This document shows, in pieces, positions 1 to 10,690 of a DNA stretch of 64,000 nt. The DNA lies in the IMG/VR virus record IMGVR_UViG_3300044680_000048, positions 32,001-96,000 of that record; one strand, written 5' to 3'. The position numbers were made by a program, and so were the translations under genes. The notes beneath the pieces were generated by a model. It did no database searches, was not told the origin of the DNA, and worked only from the letters and a program-made list of their open reading frames with translations. Every line of letters begins with the position of its first letter. Position 1 is the stretch's first letter. The DNA comes from a virus.

Positions 1-44
1 CTACCTGATTGGCTACTTCAAAGGAGATTTGTGTTATTTTATTC

Positions 45-2372
45 TTAAGTCCCACTTGTTTTAGGTCCTACGTTGAGATAAGGAGTTACCCAGTTAATTT
101 CTGCATATCTTGCTACTTGAAGAGTTAATATTCCCGGAGGAGTAAAGCTCACTGTTTCTATTATTCCGGTAACAGTCACTTCATCAACAGTAGCGGAAGC
201 CAACATTCCAGGAACAGGCATTACGCCAAAGAAGACACAATTTATGGTCCCTTGGTAAGTTTTAACATATTGGGTTACATTAGAAGGTACTTGAACAGCC
301 GCTGCTCCACTTAAACCTTTACGGGTAACAGCAATATCAAAAGAGAAGTTTCCGGCAGCTACATCTGGGTTATTTGCTGGGAAGAACCTACTATCAATGG
401 TAATAATTGGGGTATACACATTTCCCCGCAAGACAGATGTAATATATGTATCAGCTAAAGGAACAGATTCCGCAAAGTTATACCAAAGTTCTGAATTAGT
501 TGTAACAATGCTGTAGTTGTAGGAGGCTAGGGAGTTAAAAGAAGCACTTCCGGCATTATTAGGATCAGTAATGAGAATTCGGGCATACACCTCATCATAA
601 TCAAATGGCAAGTCTATAACAACCGGTGGATCGGAAGTAGTTAATAATTTACTAATACTTCTGACCTGGGTTACGGGCTCAGATGAAGTTCCAGCCGATG
701 GAGCATTGCCGGAATTACCAGAATTGGAAGGATTGGTTACAAAAATGACATTAGCAAAATTTAATACAGGAGTAGGTATCGAATATACTCCTTGGTTAGG
801 ACTGAATGGGATAGGAGTCTCAACTCCACCAATTCCATATTCTAAGTCTTCTAATTCTTCCCAGAAGAGTCCATTAGCGGTAATAAGCTTGGCGGAAGGA
901 ATCGCAAAAGCCCCAATAGAATAGTTAGGAGAACAGACAGTATAATTAAGACCACCACTCCATCTAAGAACTCCCCCTACATATCCCGCAAGAGATTGAA
1001 GAGCAGAGAGTAAAGTCATTGTTGGTTGAATAGTAAACTGTTGGCTTAAAGCATTGTCAAAAGTGGTCCAAGTTAGATTAATTCCCACTCTTCGGGCTAA
1101 AGCAAGAGCTGTTTCTTTAACAGAGAAGTATCTAGAGCTGGTAAGAGGAACTACAACTTCTTTACCCGAGGTGTCTACTGCCAGAGCAGTTTGAGAATTA
1201 GCGAATAGTAGCCCGTATTGGGAAAAATTAGCATTTAATTGATTAAATAACACCGTATTATATAGTACATCAGCAATAGAGGTTCCACCATTAGCACCCC
1301 TACCTAGAATAAAGGAAAGTTGCTTATTTAGTAGAGGACTGCTTGCAAATATCCCCCTAGAAGCATAACCCTTGGCAGAATTTGAAACAATGTTCTCTGA
1401 TCCATTACCACCAGCAGTGATAATTGCGCTTAATCCAAATACACCAATAATGTCCCCATCATTACCAACAGTATTGAGGGAAGTTACACTCCAAGTTCCT
1501 CCTAAATAGTCTAAGCTTAAGGAGAAATTAAACATTTGTCCCCAATTGTTATTAGGAACATTGGAGTTAGGAATATCCACATAAACAGCAGTAGAAGGTG
1601 TTGCCGGAGGCACTCCTATAATAGTTGTTCCCCCAACAGCAACATTAGGACTAAAGGTGTTAGGCTGATAAACTCCATTGATAGTAGTTCCACTAGCAGC
1701 AGTAACACCTACAAGAGTAGCTACCTGTCCCCCAATGTCTACGGTGTATTTACCACCCTCTAATAGGGTTTGACCATAGACCTTAGTAGTGTATGCGGGA
1801 CATTCCAAGATTTGCCCTACTATCTTAACAGTACACTGCCGGTTAAGAATAGGAAGGGGCTCAATAAAAGACTCTTCTGTTCCTAGATTTTCATAGTAGG
1901 TTAATTTGATTATCTGGGAATAATAACTATTAACACCGCTGTTTTCAAAGGAGATATCAGGAGAAGCAGAAGCATAGTTTTCTACTAAGCCCAGATTCTC
2001 ATAATAAGTTTGAGAAACTGTTTGGGTGAAGAAATCCCCAAAACCCCCTACTTCCGTTGCTATTGCCGGAAGTTCGGAATAAACATCCTGAGTTCCTACA
2101 TTTTCATAATATGTCTGACTAACTGTCTGGGAGTAGTAATCATTGAGTCCGGCATTCTCTATTACTGTTCCGGTGGCTATATTCGCAAAGGTCAGAAGAT
2201 ACTGAAACCCGGTATTCTTAAAAGAAGTATGAGTGGAAGTACTTCCTTCAGCAATAAAGGATTGGTAAGCTTTGGCGGAAGACTGATAAGGAGAAGTTAG
2301 TCCAGTATGGGTTGAATTACTGTTCTCATTCTGGAAATTAACATGTACTGGATTGATGTCAAAGTGGGACAC
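45..2372 (-). CDS. distal tail / tail-fibre-like structural protein (775 aa)
   Basis: This is the last long ORF of the leftward tail operon, downstream of the tape measure. It is Ser/Thr/Gly/Asn-rich and has three YYEN-type motif copies near the N-terminus. TAA stop at 45-47. Function is inferred from position and composition only. Confidence 0.55.
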   Translation of the reverse strand: MSHFDINPVHVNFQNENSNSTHTGLTSPYQSSAKAYQSFIAEGSTSTHTSFKNTGFQYLLTFANIATGTVIENAGLNDYYSQTVSQTYYENVGTQDVYSELPAIATEVGGFGDFFTQTVSQTYYENLGLVENYASASPDISFENSGVNSYYSQIIKLTYYENLGTEESFIEPLPILNRQCTVKIVGQILECPAYTTKVYGQTLLEGGKYTVDIGGQVATLVGVTAASGTTINGVYQPNTFSPNVAVGGTTIIGVPPATPSTAVYVDIPNSNVPNNNWGQMFNFSLSLDYLGGTWSVTSLNTVGNDGDIIGVFGLSAIITAGGNGSENIVSNSAKGYASRGIFASSPLLNKQLSFILGRGANGGTSIADVLYNTVLFNQLNANFSQYGLLFANSQTALAVDTSGKEVVVPLTSSRYFSVKETALALARRVGINLTWTTFDNALSQQFTIQPTMTLLSALQSLAGYVGGVLRWSGGLNYTVCSPNYSIGAFAIPSAKLITANGLFWEELEDLEYGIGGVETPIPFSPNQGVYSIPTPVLNFANVIFVTNPSNSGNSGNAPSAGTSSEPVTQVRSISKLLTTSDPPVVIDLPFDYDEVYARILITDPNNAGSASFNSLASYNYSIVTTNSELWYNFAESVPLADTYITSVLRGNVYTPIITIDSRFFPANNPDVAAGNFSFDIAVTRKGLSGAAAVQVPSNVTQYVKTYQGTINCVFFGVMPVPGMLASATVDEVTVTGIIETVSFTPPGILTLQVARYAEINWVTPYLNVGPKTSGT
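1863..2141 (-). repeat. three copies of a ~16-aa [YF][YF][ST]Q..S.TYYEN[VL]G motif inside the 775-aa ORF
   Basis: Read in the translation: YYSQTVSQTYYENVG, FFTQTVSQTYYENLG and YYSQIIKLTYYENLG. Confidence 0.7.
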
Positions 2373-2381
2373 ATTCTAAAC

Positions 2382-3617
2382 CTATGTACTATACCGGCTG
2401 ACATCCCAGAGGGCATTAGCCCCATCTCCAACCTTCACAACTTCAATTATGTTTCTCCCGGTAGGAAGTCTATAATTGCCCGGAGATTGAAAGTATGTGT
2501 CCAAAAGCCTAACTGCTGTCCCAGAAGTGTCATCAAAGATCATCAAACGGGCTAGTTGATTTACTCCTGCTATTTGAACTGTAACAGTTCTCACAACAGT
2601 TGAACGGGGAACAACATTAAATACATAGATCCTTTCAGCAGTCTGCTGAACAGCAAAAGCTAAATTAGTTCCAGCACAGAAGCCTGTAGAAACTACTTTA
2701 TTAGTAGCATTAGTGTAGAAAGTTCCACTGGCTGTTATAGTCTGAACGGGAGAAGTAGTAAAGTCCACCTCTTGGACGGTATTATTTTCTGTTGACGTAA
2801 TATTATTCCAAGCTACTAAAGTTTCTCCACTGGCAGAAGCACAAAAGACTGCTGCGGGAGTATTAGCTGCCTGATTTATAGGCATTTGCCAGATCATAGT
2901 TCCAGTAGAGTAATCATATACCTGTTGCATATGCTCAGTCTCTACATATAAGAGATTTCCATCATAACTCATGCCAGATATGGTTATAATCGCCAAATTG
3001 GAAACACTAGTAGTATTAAGACTGGACATGCTTATAGGATACTGAACGTCTATGTGGTTTAGTATATTTCCATTGGAATCTATCTCATAAATCTTTCCAA
3101 ATCTTCCTCCAACTAGCCAACTTCCGGTTGATCTTAGGATAATACAAGCGGGAAGAAAGTTAGCACATCCTTGAATAGTAATATTAGAGACAGTTTGGGA
3201 AGAAGCAACTATCCTAGTTAATTGGTTAGACGTACCAGTAACATAAAAGGCAATTCCCGAGGCAGTATCTGCCGCAATTCTTTGATTATCAAATGACCCT
3301 AAGGTATTACCTCCAGAGACATTGGTTCTATATCCAGAAGAGTTTTCAATAAAATCTACCGTAGAAACACCCGTACTGGATATAACAGAAGAGGCGGAAT
3401 TAATTAAACAAACAGCACCTGGTGAAGATAGGCATGTAACACTAGACCCCACCTGAGCTAATGTAGTCAGAGAGTATTTCCTAAAGGTAGGTCCTGTAGA
3501 CTCTACAATATAGACCTGTCCATTAGAGGGGTCGGCAATTCCAGCTTGTAGTGTCGTAGAGGTGAGCTGTATAACTCCGGTATAAGAGATCATGCTGTAA
3601 ACTCCCGTATATCCCAC
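2382..3617 (-). CDS. tail-tip/baseplate-region protein, paralogue A (411 aa)
   Basis: It shares the GKI.EIDS.GN.L and Y.YSTGT.I motifs and a similar C-terminus with the adjacent 398-aa ORF. Composition is beta-rich. It overlaps the upstream ORF by 28 nt. Confidence 0.55.
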   Translation of the reverse strand: MGYTGVYSMISYTGVIQLTSTTLQAGIADPSNGQVYIVESTGPTFRKYSLTTLAQVGSSVTCLSSPGAVCLINSASSVISSTGVSTVDFIENSSGYRTNVSGGNTLGSFDNQRIAADTASGIAFYVTGTSNQLTRIVASSQTVSNITIQGCANFLPACIILRSTGSWLVGGRFGKIYEIDSNGNILNHIDVQYPISMSSLNTTSVSNLAIITISGMSYDGNLLYVETEHMQQVYDYSTGTMIWQMPINQAANTPAAVFCASASGETLVAWNNITSTENNTVQEVDFTTSPVQTITASGTFYTNATNKVVSTGFCAGTNLAFAVQQTAERIYVFNVVPRSTVVRTVTVQIAGVNQLARLMIFDDTSGTAVRLLDTYFQSPGNYRLPTGRNIIEVVKVGDGANALWDVSRYST

Positions 3618-4786
3618 TGTTCAGGACTTCCGGGAATAAGGGAAATCTCTATGTAATTTCTATTATCGGTACATATTAGAGGTTGGGAACCGGAAGGAAG
3701 TGTTTGGTCTACTTCTACTATAGACCTGCCTATTCCCTCATCTCTGATTCTTATTACTCTTGTGGAAACATCCGTCCCCAGTGGATTCTGAGATCTTGAG
3801 GCTTCAGAAGTTTTCTGTACGGAAGTGATATTGTAAAGACGTAACTCTACTCCAAAGGATGCACCACTGTTACCTGTTATTCCCCAAGCTCTTGAATTAA
3901 TAGGTTCAATTTGAGCCTGGATAAATGGGTTAACAGATTCATTCATTGTCGGAAGGAATATTAAATGCCCACTAGCTGCAAAACACTCTGTTAGTCCCGT
4001 AGTAGCATTTGATGGTTGTCCACCTCCATGTGAAATTAAAAATGTTCCAGAAGCTGAATCACTAAAGCAGGGAGTAGTTGGACTAGAGGAACCTCTATTT
4101 GTAGTCTGATTACGACTTATAAGAGTTCCAGTAGAATACTGATATGTATAAATGCTTCCATGACCCGTTACACAGGATAGAACATCTCCATAGTAAGTAA
4201 GTCCAGTGACTACAATAGTAGGAGCAGTTATATAAGTATCTGTAGGCAACGATATTGACTTTAGAGTATTGCCGGAAGAGTCTATTTCTACTATCTTTCC
4301 ATTATTAGTTCCCATAATAAATGTAGAGGTATCTGGCCGGAAGATTATAGAAGCAGCTTGAGCAGAAGTGATTCCTGTGGGACTTAACTGAGTAAGGGTG
4401 AAATTAGAATTAACCTTTAGGACTTTGCCATTTGTTCCTGAAGTAGCAATAGCAATCTTGTTTACAATGTCTCCGGCCATTAGTTGTCCCGCTGGATAAT
4501 TAAAGACATTTAAGTAATTAGTAGTTACATTGGTTTTCTGATTAGTAGCCACATCTACATACATAATCCCACCAGAATAATTAACTATTGCAGAAGCGGG
4601 GGCAAGAAGACATATAGCATAGGGAAGATTGGCTACAGCAAGTGTAGGATTAACCTGTTGCCCAGACCAATTATAAATCCTAAATTCATCGTTATTATTA
4701 GCAGCATAGATGTAATTAACATCTGAAAACGCACAATAAAATGTTCCCGTATTACAGTTTATATCATGGTAGAGACTAAGAGTCAT
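3590..4786 (-). CDS. tail-tip/baseplate-region protein, paralogue B (398 aa)
   Basis: Tandem paralogue of 2382-3617 (GKIVEIDSSGNTL, YQYSTGTLI). It lies in the tail operon and ends in TGA. Confidence 0.55.
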   Translation of the reverse strand: MTLSLYHDINCNTGTFYCAFSDVNYIYAANNNDEFRIYNWSGQQVNPTLAVANLPYAICLLAPASAIVNYSGGIMYVDVATNQKTNVTTNYLNVFNYPAGQLMAGDIVNKIAIATSGTNGKVLKVNSNFTLTQLSPTGITSAQAASIIFRPDTSTFIMGTNNGKIVEIDSSGNTLKSISLPTDTYITAPTIVVTGLTYYGDVLSCVTGHGSIYTYQYSTGTLISRNQTTNRGSSSPTTPCFSDSASGTFLISHGGGQPSNATTGLTECFAASGHLIFLPTMNESVNPFIQAQIEPINSRAWGITGNSGASFGVELRLYNITSVQKTSEASRSQNPLGTDVSTRVIRIRDEGIGRSIVEVDQTLPSGSQPLICTDNRNYIEISLIPGSPEQWDIREFTA

Positions 4787-4802
4787 AAAATCCTCCTAGT
4801 AC

Positions 4803-5429
4803 TTAAACCCTAATTATTGCAGTAACTTGGAGGATTGTAGTAGGACCAAGTGTTACCGGACTACCAAATACATACCTATCTAGATAATGACCAGAAGTTC
4901 CTGTATTAGTACCTGGGCAGGCTTTAGTATCATTGAGGGCAAATTCTTGGAAAGGTTGGTTAACATTTAGACTTACTGCCCCATTCCATTGAGCCATAAC
5001 TGCCCATTGGTAATAATAAGCATAAGGAGGAGAATAGGTGGAATCACTGAAAGAGCTTGCCGTAACAACCTTTGCGGAAGTTAAAGGAGAAGTTCCATCT
5101 GTATTAGTAAGAGCGGCACGGTTAGTATCAGCTATGAGTTCATACACTAACTGGGTCTGAGTATGCACTGCTGAGGTTGAAGAAGCTCCGGCAGCCATAA
5201 AAGCAATATTACCACTTCCGGCAAGAGCAAATAGGGTATTACCCATAAAGGCCCTACCAACATCTAAGATAACATTAAGGTTATCTTCAGTATCTATCTT
5301 AGGGTCATGCCAGAGTTCTGTATTTAGAACTTTCCCGTTTTCATCATAGTCAATTCTGTTATTAGGACCGGCATCATATAGACGACCATACCATTGTACT
5401 ATTTGACCATGATCTGCTTTAGTAGACAT
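4803..5429 (-). CDS. tail-associated hypothetical protein (208 aa)
   Basis: Co-oriented ORF in the tail operon with an AGGAA box upstream of the ATG. No recognisable motif. Confidence 0.5.
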   Translation of the reverse strand: MSTKADHGQIVQWYGRLYDAGPNNRIDYDENGKVLNTELWHDPKIDTEDNLNVILDVGRAFMGNTLFALAGSGNIAFMAAGASSTSAVHTQTQLVYELIADTNRAALTNTDGTSPLTSAKVVTASSFSDSTYSPPYAYYYQWAVMAQWNGAVSLNVNQPFQEFALNDTKACPGTNTGTSGHYLDRYVFGSPVTLGPTTILQVTAIIRV

Positions 5430-5460
5430 TATAATTCCTATTTAGACTAGTAGAATTCTA

Positions 5461-6330
5461 TCAAAACCGGGCTGCAACGGCAGCAGAGAAGCTCACGGCA
5501 AGGTTATAGAAGCTTGTGGCAACTCCTCCTAAAGTTCCTACGGGCATAGTGACCTGAGCCCAGAATTTCCGGGCTTGAACTTGTACTGTTTCCCCAATTG
5601 AATGGTTATAGTTTAACCCCGTAATGGTAAATGTACTTCCACTTATAGCCGTAACCTGGACATATTCAACTGTTGTACCCCCAGGATTTATTATTAAGTA
5701 GTCTCCGGGATAGAAGGTTCCATTAGTTCCAGAAGCTAGGTAAACCTGTATAGTTGTATTGAGGGCAGAAGCTGCGGCAGTTAGAGTTGTAGTAGCTGAG
5801 ATGGAATCTGTATAGATAGTAGCCCCAGTAGCTGCTAGGGTTCCTATAGAACCATCCACATTAGCACAGGCTAATTGTGTCCACATAAGCTGAGCACCAG
5901 CAGCAGATACCAGATTTTGAAAGAATATGGGGATTCCGGGAACACCTGGAGGGGGGAGATAGGCATTAACAGCTATATCCGCTCCATCATCTGCAAGATA
6001 GAAAGGAACTTGAATTGCATTAGCGTTGCCGGAAACACCTGCAACAGTAGTTTGGTCCCAAACAGGAAAGGGAAGACTGGCACTACTAGGAGCAATACCC
6101 TGTGATCCATTAGGAGGAGCACCAGTAAGTAATATTTGACTATTACTAGGAGTAACAAATCCACCCAAGGTTCTAATATAGTTTACTAAGTCAAATTGAA
6201 CTACACCCGCAAGAGTAGCTGCTGTATTATATTCTAGGGGAAATAACGTAGCTGAACCTGTACCTATAAACGTATCAGTCTCCCCGATTGGGGCAATAAA
6301 TGGAAAGCTAGGATAGAGGTTAAGAGACAT
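5461..6330 (-). CDS. tail-associated hypothetical protein (289 aa)
   Basis: Co-oriented ORF two genes downstream of the tape measure. Gly/Ala/Thr-rich. Confidence 0.5.
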   Translation of the reverse strand: MSLNLYPSFPFIAPIGETDTFIGTGSATLFPLEYNTAATLAGVVQFDLVNYIRTLGGFVTPSNSQILLTGAPPNGSQGIAPSSASLPFPVWDQTTVAGVSGNANAIQVPFYLADDGADIAVNAYLPPPGVPGIPIFFQNLVSAAGAQLMWTQLACANVDGSIGTLAATGATIYTDSISATTTLTAAASALNTTIQVYLASGTNGTFYPGDYLIINPGGTTVEYVQVTAISGSTFTITGLNYNHSIGETVQVQARKFWAQVTMPVGTLGGVATSFYNLAVSFSAAVAARF

Positions 6331-6352
6331 AGTAAGAGTTTACCTTTTCCCG

Positions 6353-6997
6353 CTAAGGAGTATCTGCCATATATGTGATACTGTCTAGGGTCATAGACCA
6401 ACTCTTGAGAATGAGGTTATTCCCGCCTCCTTGTGGAATATCATAATCTCCATCTACGACAAAATCCCTAATAAGTGCATTAGTAATAGTTCCGAAGGTA
6501 TTACTATAGAAGGTTAGTCCGGTAACATATAAATAACTAAAGGTCTCTGCCTGAAGACTAATTAATTCTTGATAAGAGACATTCCCGGTAGAGTACTTTT
6601 GATGAGCATCAAACCTGTCTAAGTTCTGTTTATGAAGATTGAAGAAATAATTAGCATTAGTGACATCCATATTAGTAGAAGTAGTTCCGGTCAAGGTATA
6701 TCTGTTAATTTGGAATTTTTTATAAATATTAGTAAGGTCACTATCATCTGGAGTTAGCGGACGGACACTTGTACTAACAGCTCCAGTAGAAGTTATCTGT
6801 GCCGGAACCCCATAGATCATCTGTACAATTACTGGAGCTGTTCCGGTATTCTCTAATGCCTTCTTGAGGGCTTCATGTTTAAACTCATTCCGTTCAAAGG
6901 TTTGGGTAATTATTTCTTCCTTTATATCATTGCAATAAAGGGTAGCGGCAGAACCGGAAAGGGTTAACATAACATAACTTTGCTCAGGCTTAATCAA
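6353..6997 (-). CDS. hypothetical protein in the distal-tail-protein position (214 aa)
   Basis: First ORF after the tape measure. The role is inferred from position alone. The track start is a TTG; an alternative ATG lies at 6970. Confidence 0.45.
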   Translation of the reverse strand: MIKPEQSYVMLTLSGSAATLYCNDIKEEIITQTFERNEFKHEALKKALENTGTAPVIVQMIYGVPAQITSTGAVSTSVRPLTPDDSDLTNIYKKFQINRYTLTGTTSTNMDVTNANYFFNLHKQNLDRFDAHQKYSTGNVSYQELISLQAETFSYLYVTGLTFYSNTFGTITNALIRDFVVDGDYDIPQGGGNNLILKSWSMTLDSITYMADTP

Positions 6998-7042
6998 AGT
7001 AAAGGAGTTCCGCCATTATTGACAATAGTTTAATTGTAGTCC

Positions 7043-10000
7043 TTAAGCAAATTGAGAGTTTAAACTAATAGATGCACCGGTTGATATGGCATCTACCAAG
7101 TCCGTCTTAGAGAGTTGGGAAAGGGTCTTAGAGTTAGTAGCAAGATCCTCCTTTACCCCTTTTATTGCTTCATCAAAGTCTTTCTTTTGTCTATCTTTAT
7201 ATTGGGAAGCTGATTCATTGGCTCTTTTTTCTCCGGTTTTATTAAATCGGTTAACAACTTTGTTGGCCTGTTTTTTTCTAGTATCCTCCGCTTCTTCTTC
7301 TGAGGGAAGACTAAAGTCAAATCCTGAATCTTTCAGTTGGTCTTTAATGTTATTAACTCCAGGATCAACTATTGTTTTTCGTAGAAATGCCTTAAGGGCA
7401 GGATTAGAATCCCCTAATTGAGAAGTGAATTCTTGAGCTTGCCGGAGAAAACTAAATTGTGCATTTAATCTCTCGGTAGGGATGTTAGCTTTCTCTCTTC
7501 GGTTCTTTTTCTGAGATATGTTAAATTCAGATTCAGTATCTGCGTCCTCTTCGGAGCCTCTAAGGTCACTATTCCTATTTAGGGCAGATTGATACTGCTT
7601 TTCAGCCCTATCTCTCTCAAACTGCTTACGAAAGGGATTTTCTAAACCATCTAAACCAGGAAGAAGCGTAGCAGCATTTAGCCTAGATTGGGCAGCATTA
7701 AGTCTATCTGAGAAATCAAACTGGTCTTCTGCGGACTCACCTTTAGCAAGACGACTTCCACCTTGGTCTATTCCAAGAACACCATTTAAAGCCTTCTGAG
7801 CTTCATTAATTTCCCTTTGACGGGTAATGTTATCAGCAATAGACTTATCTAGTGCCTCAAAGCTGTTTTTAGTAATATCTATAACCTTTACTAACCCTTG
7901 AAGTTCGCCAGGAAGCCCTTGGACACTTCCGCCAAGTTCAGAAACTCTATCGGCAGCTGTTAGAATATTTTCTTGTCTATTTAGATGTCTAAGTTCACGT
8001 TCATCCTTAAAATCTTCTTGGGCACGCCCAGTTCTCCTATAGGAAATATCAAGACTTTTGGTCTTATCATCTAGGTCAGCCATGGTATCTTTAAGCTTAG
8101 TAAACCCCTCAATTAGATTAAGGGTAGAACCATAAACATCTAGGGGAAGCTTTTCTTGGTCCCTTTTAAGTCCAGCAAGCTTAGTTTGTTCAGATCTAAG
8201 TTGAGCTTGGTCTTCTTCATTATTACCTGTTCCGTTTGCGACTCTTTTTTTAAGAAGTTCAATGTTAGCTTGAGCAGATTTAATTCCAGCAGCATCAGCG
8301 GCATTTCTTCCACTGAATGTGAAAGTATCAAATCCTTGGGCTCTAATGTTATTTCTCTTTATTTCTAGGTCAATGGACTCTCTAACTGTGCGGGTACCTT
8401 CTGCTATTATCTGTTTACGTTTAAGCTCAGATTCTGCGGAAGCATTGGAGACGGCATTATACTCTTCCGTACCCTTGGTAAGAGTCTTCAACCTTTCAGC
8501 TAAATTAGAAGAAATTTCAGTTTGGGTCTTTAGCCTAGCGTTAATGTCTTGTTGGGCAGCAGAATTCGCCTCTCTGGCTCCACCAATGGTACTCGTGTCA
8601 TAAAGCTTCTGATGTTCTGACTGTAGTGAGGTTTGTCCCTCTTCTATCAAATTGAGAAGAGGTGTTCTCTTGCTTAATTGTTGTTCTTTAGAGAGCCTAG
8701 TTAAACCTGCCAGTCCAGCAGTTGCAGCAGCTATCTGACTAAATGGGTTTTTGCCGGAACTGGCTATAGAGGTAGAATCAAATTTATCTAAATCTTCGGG
8801 CTTAAGTCCATAATCTGCTAATATGTTGTTAAATTTAGCTAGGGGGTTCAACCCTGATTGGAGTCCTGGAGATGTATTCTTGAGATTACCAACATTACCC
8901 CCCGCAGCTTTTAACTTAGCGAGTTGTGCAGCATTAGTTTGCAGCCTCCCGATCTGATTATCTTCTTCTATATCCGCATTGACTTTATCACCAATGCCAG
9001 GAAAAAATGTATTGAGGGCTACACTGTTTTGAACTCCTAGTCCTTTCAAAACGGGATTGTTGCGAATAGTTTCTGAAATTAAGTTCTGTGTATTGGTGTT
9101 ATTTTGTCCTGTTTGTTCAATTAATTTAATAACAACAACAGTAGCAGTGGAGCTAAGATTTCCTATTGCAGCCGCTAAATTTTGAAGATTTTTAGTAATA
9201 GAAGGGTTGGAAATGAACTCATTGAACGCCTTAAGTCCTGGAAGGAGTGCCTTATTTAAGGATTCCCCAGCGTCTGCCTGGGCTGTATTTAGCTGAAACT
9301 GGGCCTTATAAATCTCTGTTAGGGGCTGATTACCATCTTTAATGGCTTGGTAAAACCCCCTTAGAGGTTCAATAGCCTTTTGAATATCTTCGGGAGTCCC
9401 GAAAGATAAAGCATTTTGTAAATCAGGGGCTAAAGCTTGGATAGTGGGTCCAACAGTTGTAGAACTTAATCTCTGTCCAGAACCAATATCACGTAACTCT
9501 CGTGCTTCTTTAGCTTCACCTAAATTGAAAGGCTTTAGGACTGCGGTCAAAACCGGTAGAACGTCCTTAAGTTCACCTTCGGTTGCTTTACCTCGCCTCC
9601 CCTCTTGATACGCCTGTGTTAGAAGAAATTCTTCTTTCCCTCCAACGCCTAGAGGAGCTAGTGCAACTCTAGCCGTCTTCTGAAAACGTGTGGCTATTCT
9701 CTCCTGCTCTCCTAATTGCTCAGCAGGAGATACTGGCTTACCATCTCTAGTAATTTCAGTAGTAGCTTGGAGAAGCCCTACAGTTCCAGCTACCGATTTC
9801 TCAAAATCAAGAGCTACTTCAGAGGCAGATTTAAGAGTATCGAATAACTTCTCAAAAGCTGCTGTAGTAGCAGATACAATAGAAGTTCCAGCCAGAACAC
9901 CCGTTGCTCCACCAAGAGTAGTAGCACCTATTGCTCCACCAATGGCATTAGCAGGACCCCCTAAAAGTCCTGAAAAGAATACAGCCTGTGCTGCTTCTTT

Positions 10001-10690
10001 ATCTTGAGTTAGTCTCTTTATATCAAAAGCTTTCCGGGAAGCTTGAAGCCGGGAAGGATCTAGTCCTTGAGCTAACTCTTCTCTTAAGGGGTTAAAAGAA
10101 AAAGCATCGGCAAGCCCTAACTTTTTATTCGCCTTAGTATACTTAAGATCTTCTGCATCGTTAAGGTCTCTCAATTTCTGAGCAGCAAGTTGAGAACGTC
10201 TAGCTTGAACCGCCTGATTTTCTGAATCCTTACGGAGAGTTTTTTGGATCTCCCCTAAAGGTTGATCTGTAAGACCAGTAGTAGAAGAAAAAGATCGAAT
10301 TCTTTGTAGCTGACTAGCGGCTATTGCCCTAGCTTGTGCAATTAAATTATCACCAATAACAGTATAGGCGGTTTCTACAGCCCTATTTAACACCTGTGGT
10401 GCAGCAGCCACAGGAGCATTACCAACTATTGGAGCATTACCTCCTGCGGGAACTCCATTATTATTTACATTTATTCGTAAACCATTCTGTGCAATATTAA
10501 GAAGTTGTCTTAACTCATCTCCTACAAAATTTAATCTAACATCAATGGTAATTCCGGTTCTAGCAGCAGCTAGAAGTTCTGCCAGTTGAGCATTAGGAGC
10601 CAAATTGGCAGTAACAGTAAGCCCTCTAAGTTGATCTTGGAGATCTGAAAGGTTACTGATCCTGGCTGTTATATCTATCTCTTTAGCCAC
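7043..10690 (-). CDS. tail tape measure protein (1215 aa)
   Basis: Longest ORF of the tail operon, downstream of the G/GT chaperone pair. It is Ala/Gln/Leu/Lys/Glu-rich and coiled-coil-like throughout. It has a Gly-rich hydrophobic segment (FFSGLLGGPANAIGGAIGATTLGGATGVLAG). The GTG start overlaps the upstream TAG (TAGTG). Confidence 0.8.
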   Translation of the reverse strand: MAKEIDITARISNLSDLQDQLRGLTVTANLAPNAQLAELLAAARTGITIDVRLNFVGDELRQLLNIAQNGLRINVNNNGVPAGGNAPIVGNAPVAAAPQVLNRAVETAYTVIGDNLIAQARAIAASQLQRIRSFSSTTGLTDQPLGEIQKTLRKDSENQAVQARRSQLAAQKLRDLNDAEDLKYTKANKKLGLADAFSFNPLREELAQGLDPSRLQASRKAFDIKRLTQDKEAAQAVFFSGLLGGPANAIGGAIGATTLGGATGVLAGTSIVSATTAAFEKLFDTLKSASEVALDFEKSVAGTVGLLQATTEITRDGKPVSPAEQLGEQERIATRFQKTARVALAPLGVGGKEEFLLTQAYQEGRRGKATEGELKDVLPVLTAVLKPFNLGEAKEARELRDIGSGQRLSSTTVGPTIQALAPDLQNALSFGTPEDIQKAIEPLRGFYQAIKDGNQPLTEIYKAQFQLNTAQADAGESLNKALLPGLKAFNEFISNPSITKNLQNLAAAIGNLSSTATVVVIKLIEQTGQNNTNTQNLISETIRNNPVLKGLGVQNSVALNTFFPGIGDKVNADIEEDNQIGRLQTNAAQLAKLKAAGGNVGNLKNTSPGLQSGLNPLAKFNNILADYGLKPEDLDKFDSTSIASSGKNPFSQIAAATAGLAGLTRLSKEQQLSKRTPLLNLIEEGQTSLQSEHQKLYDTSTIGGAREANSAAQQDINARLKTQTEISSNLAERLKTLTKGTEEYNAVSNASAESELKRKQIIAEGTRTVRESIDLEIKRNNIRAQGFDTFTFSGRNAADAAGIKSAQANIELLKKRVANGTGNNEEDQAQLRSEQTKLAGLKRDQEKLPLDVYGSTLNLIEGFTKLKDTMADLDDKTKSLDISYRRTGRAQEDFKDERELRHLNRQENILTAADRVSELGGSVQGLPGELQGLVKVIDITKNSFEALDKSIADNITRQREINEAQKALNGVLGIDQGGSRLAKGESAEDQFDFSDRLNAAQSRLNAATLLPGLDGLENPFRKQFERDRAEKQYQSALNRNSDLRGSEEDADTESEFNISQKKNRREKANIPTERLNAQFSFLRQAQEFTSQLGDSNPALKAFLRKTIVDPGVNNIKDQLKDSGFDFSLPSEEEAEDTRKKQANKVVNRFNKTGEKRANESASQYKDRQKKDFDEAIKGVKEDLATNSKTLSQLSKTDLVDAISTGASISLNSQFA

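Noticed and set aside
7086-10007. Plus-strand ORFs inside the tape measure gene (7086-7421, 8156-8368, 8319-8603, 9690-10007) and a minus-strand out-of-frame ORF (8140-8331)
   Set aside because: They are low-complexity antisense or off-frame ORFs, fully embedded in a 1215-aa gene that has clear operon context.
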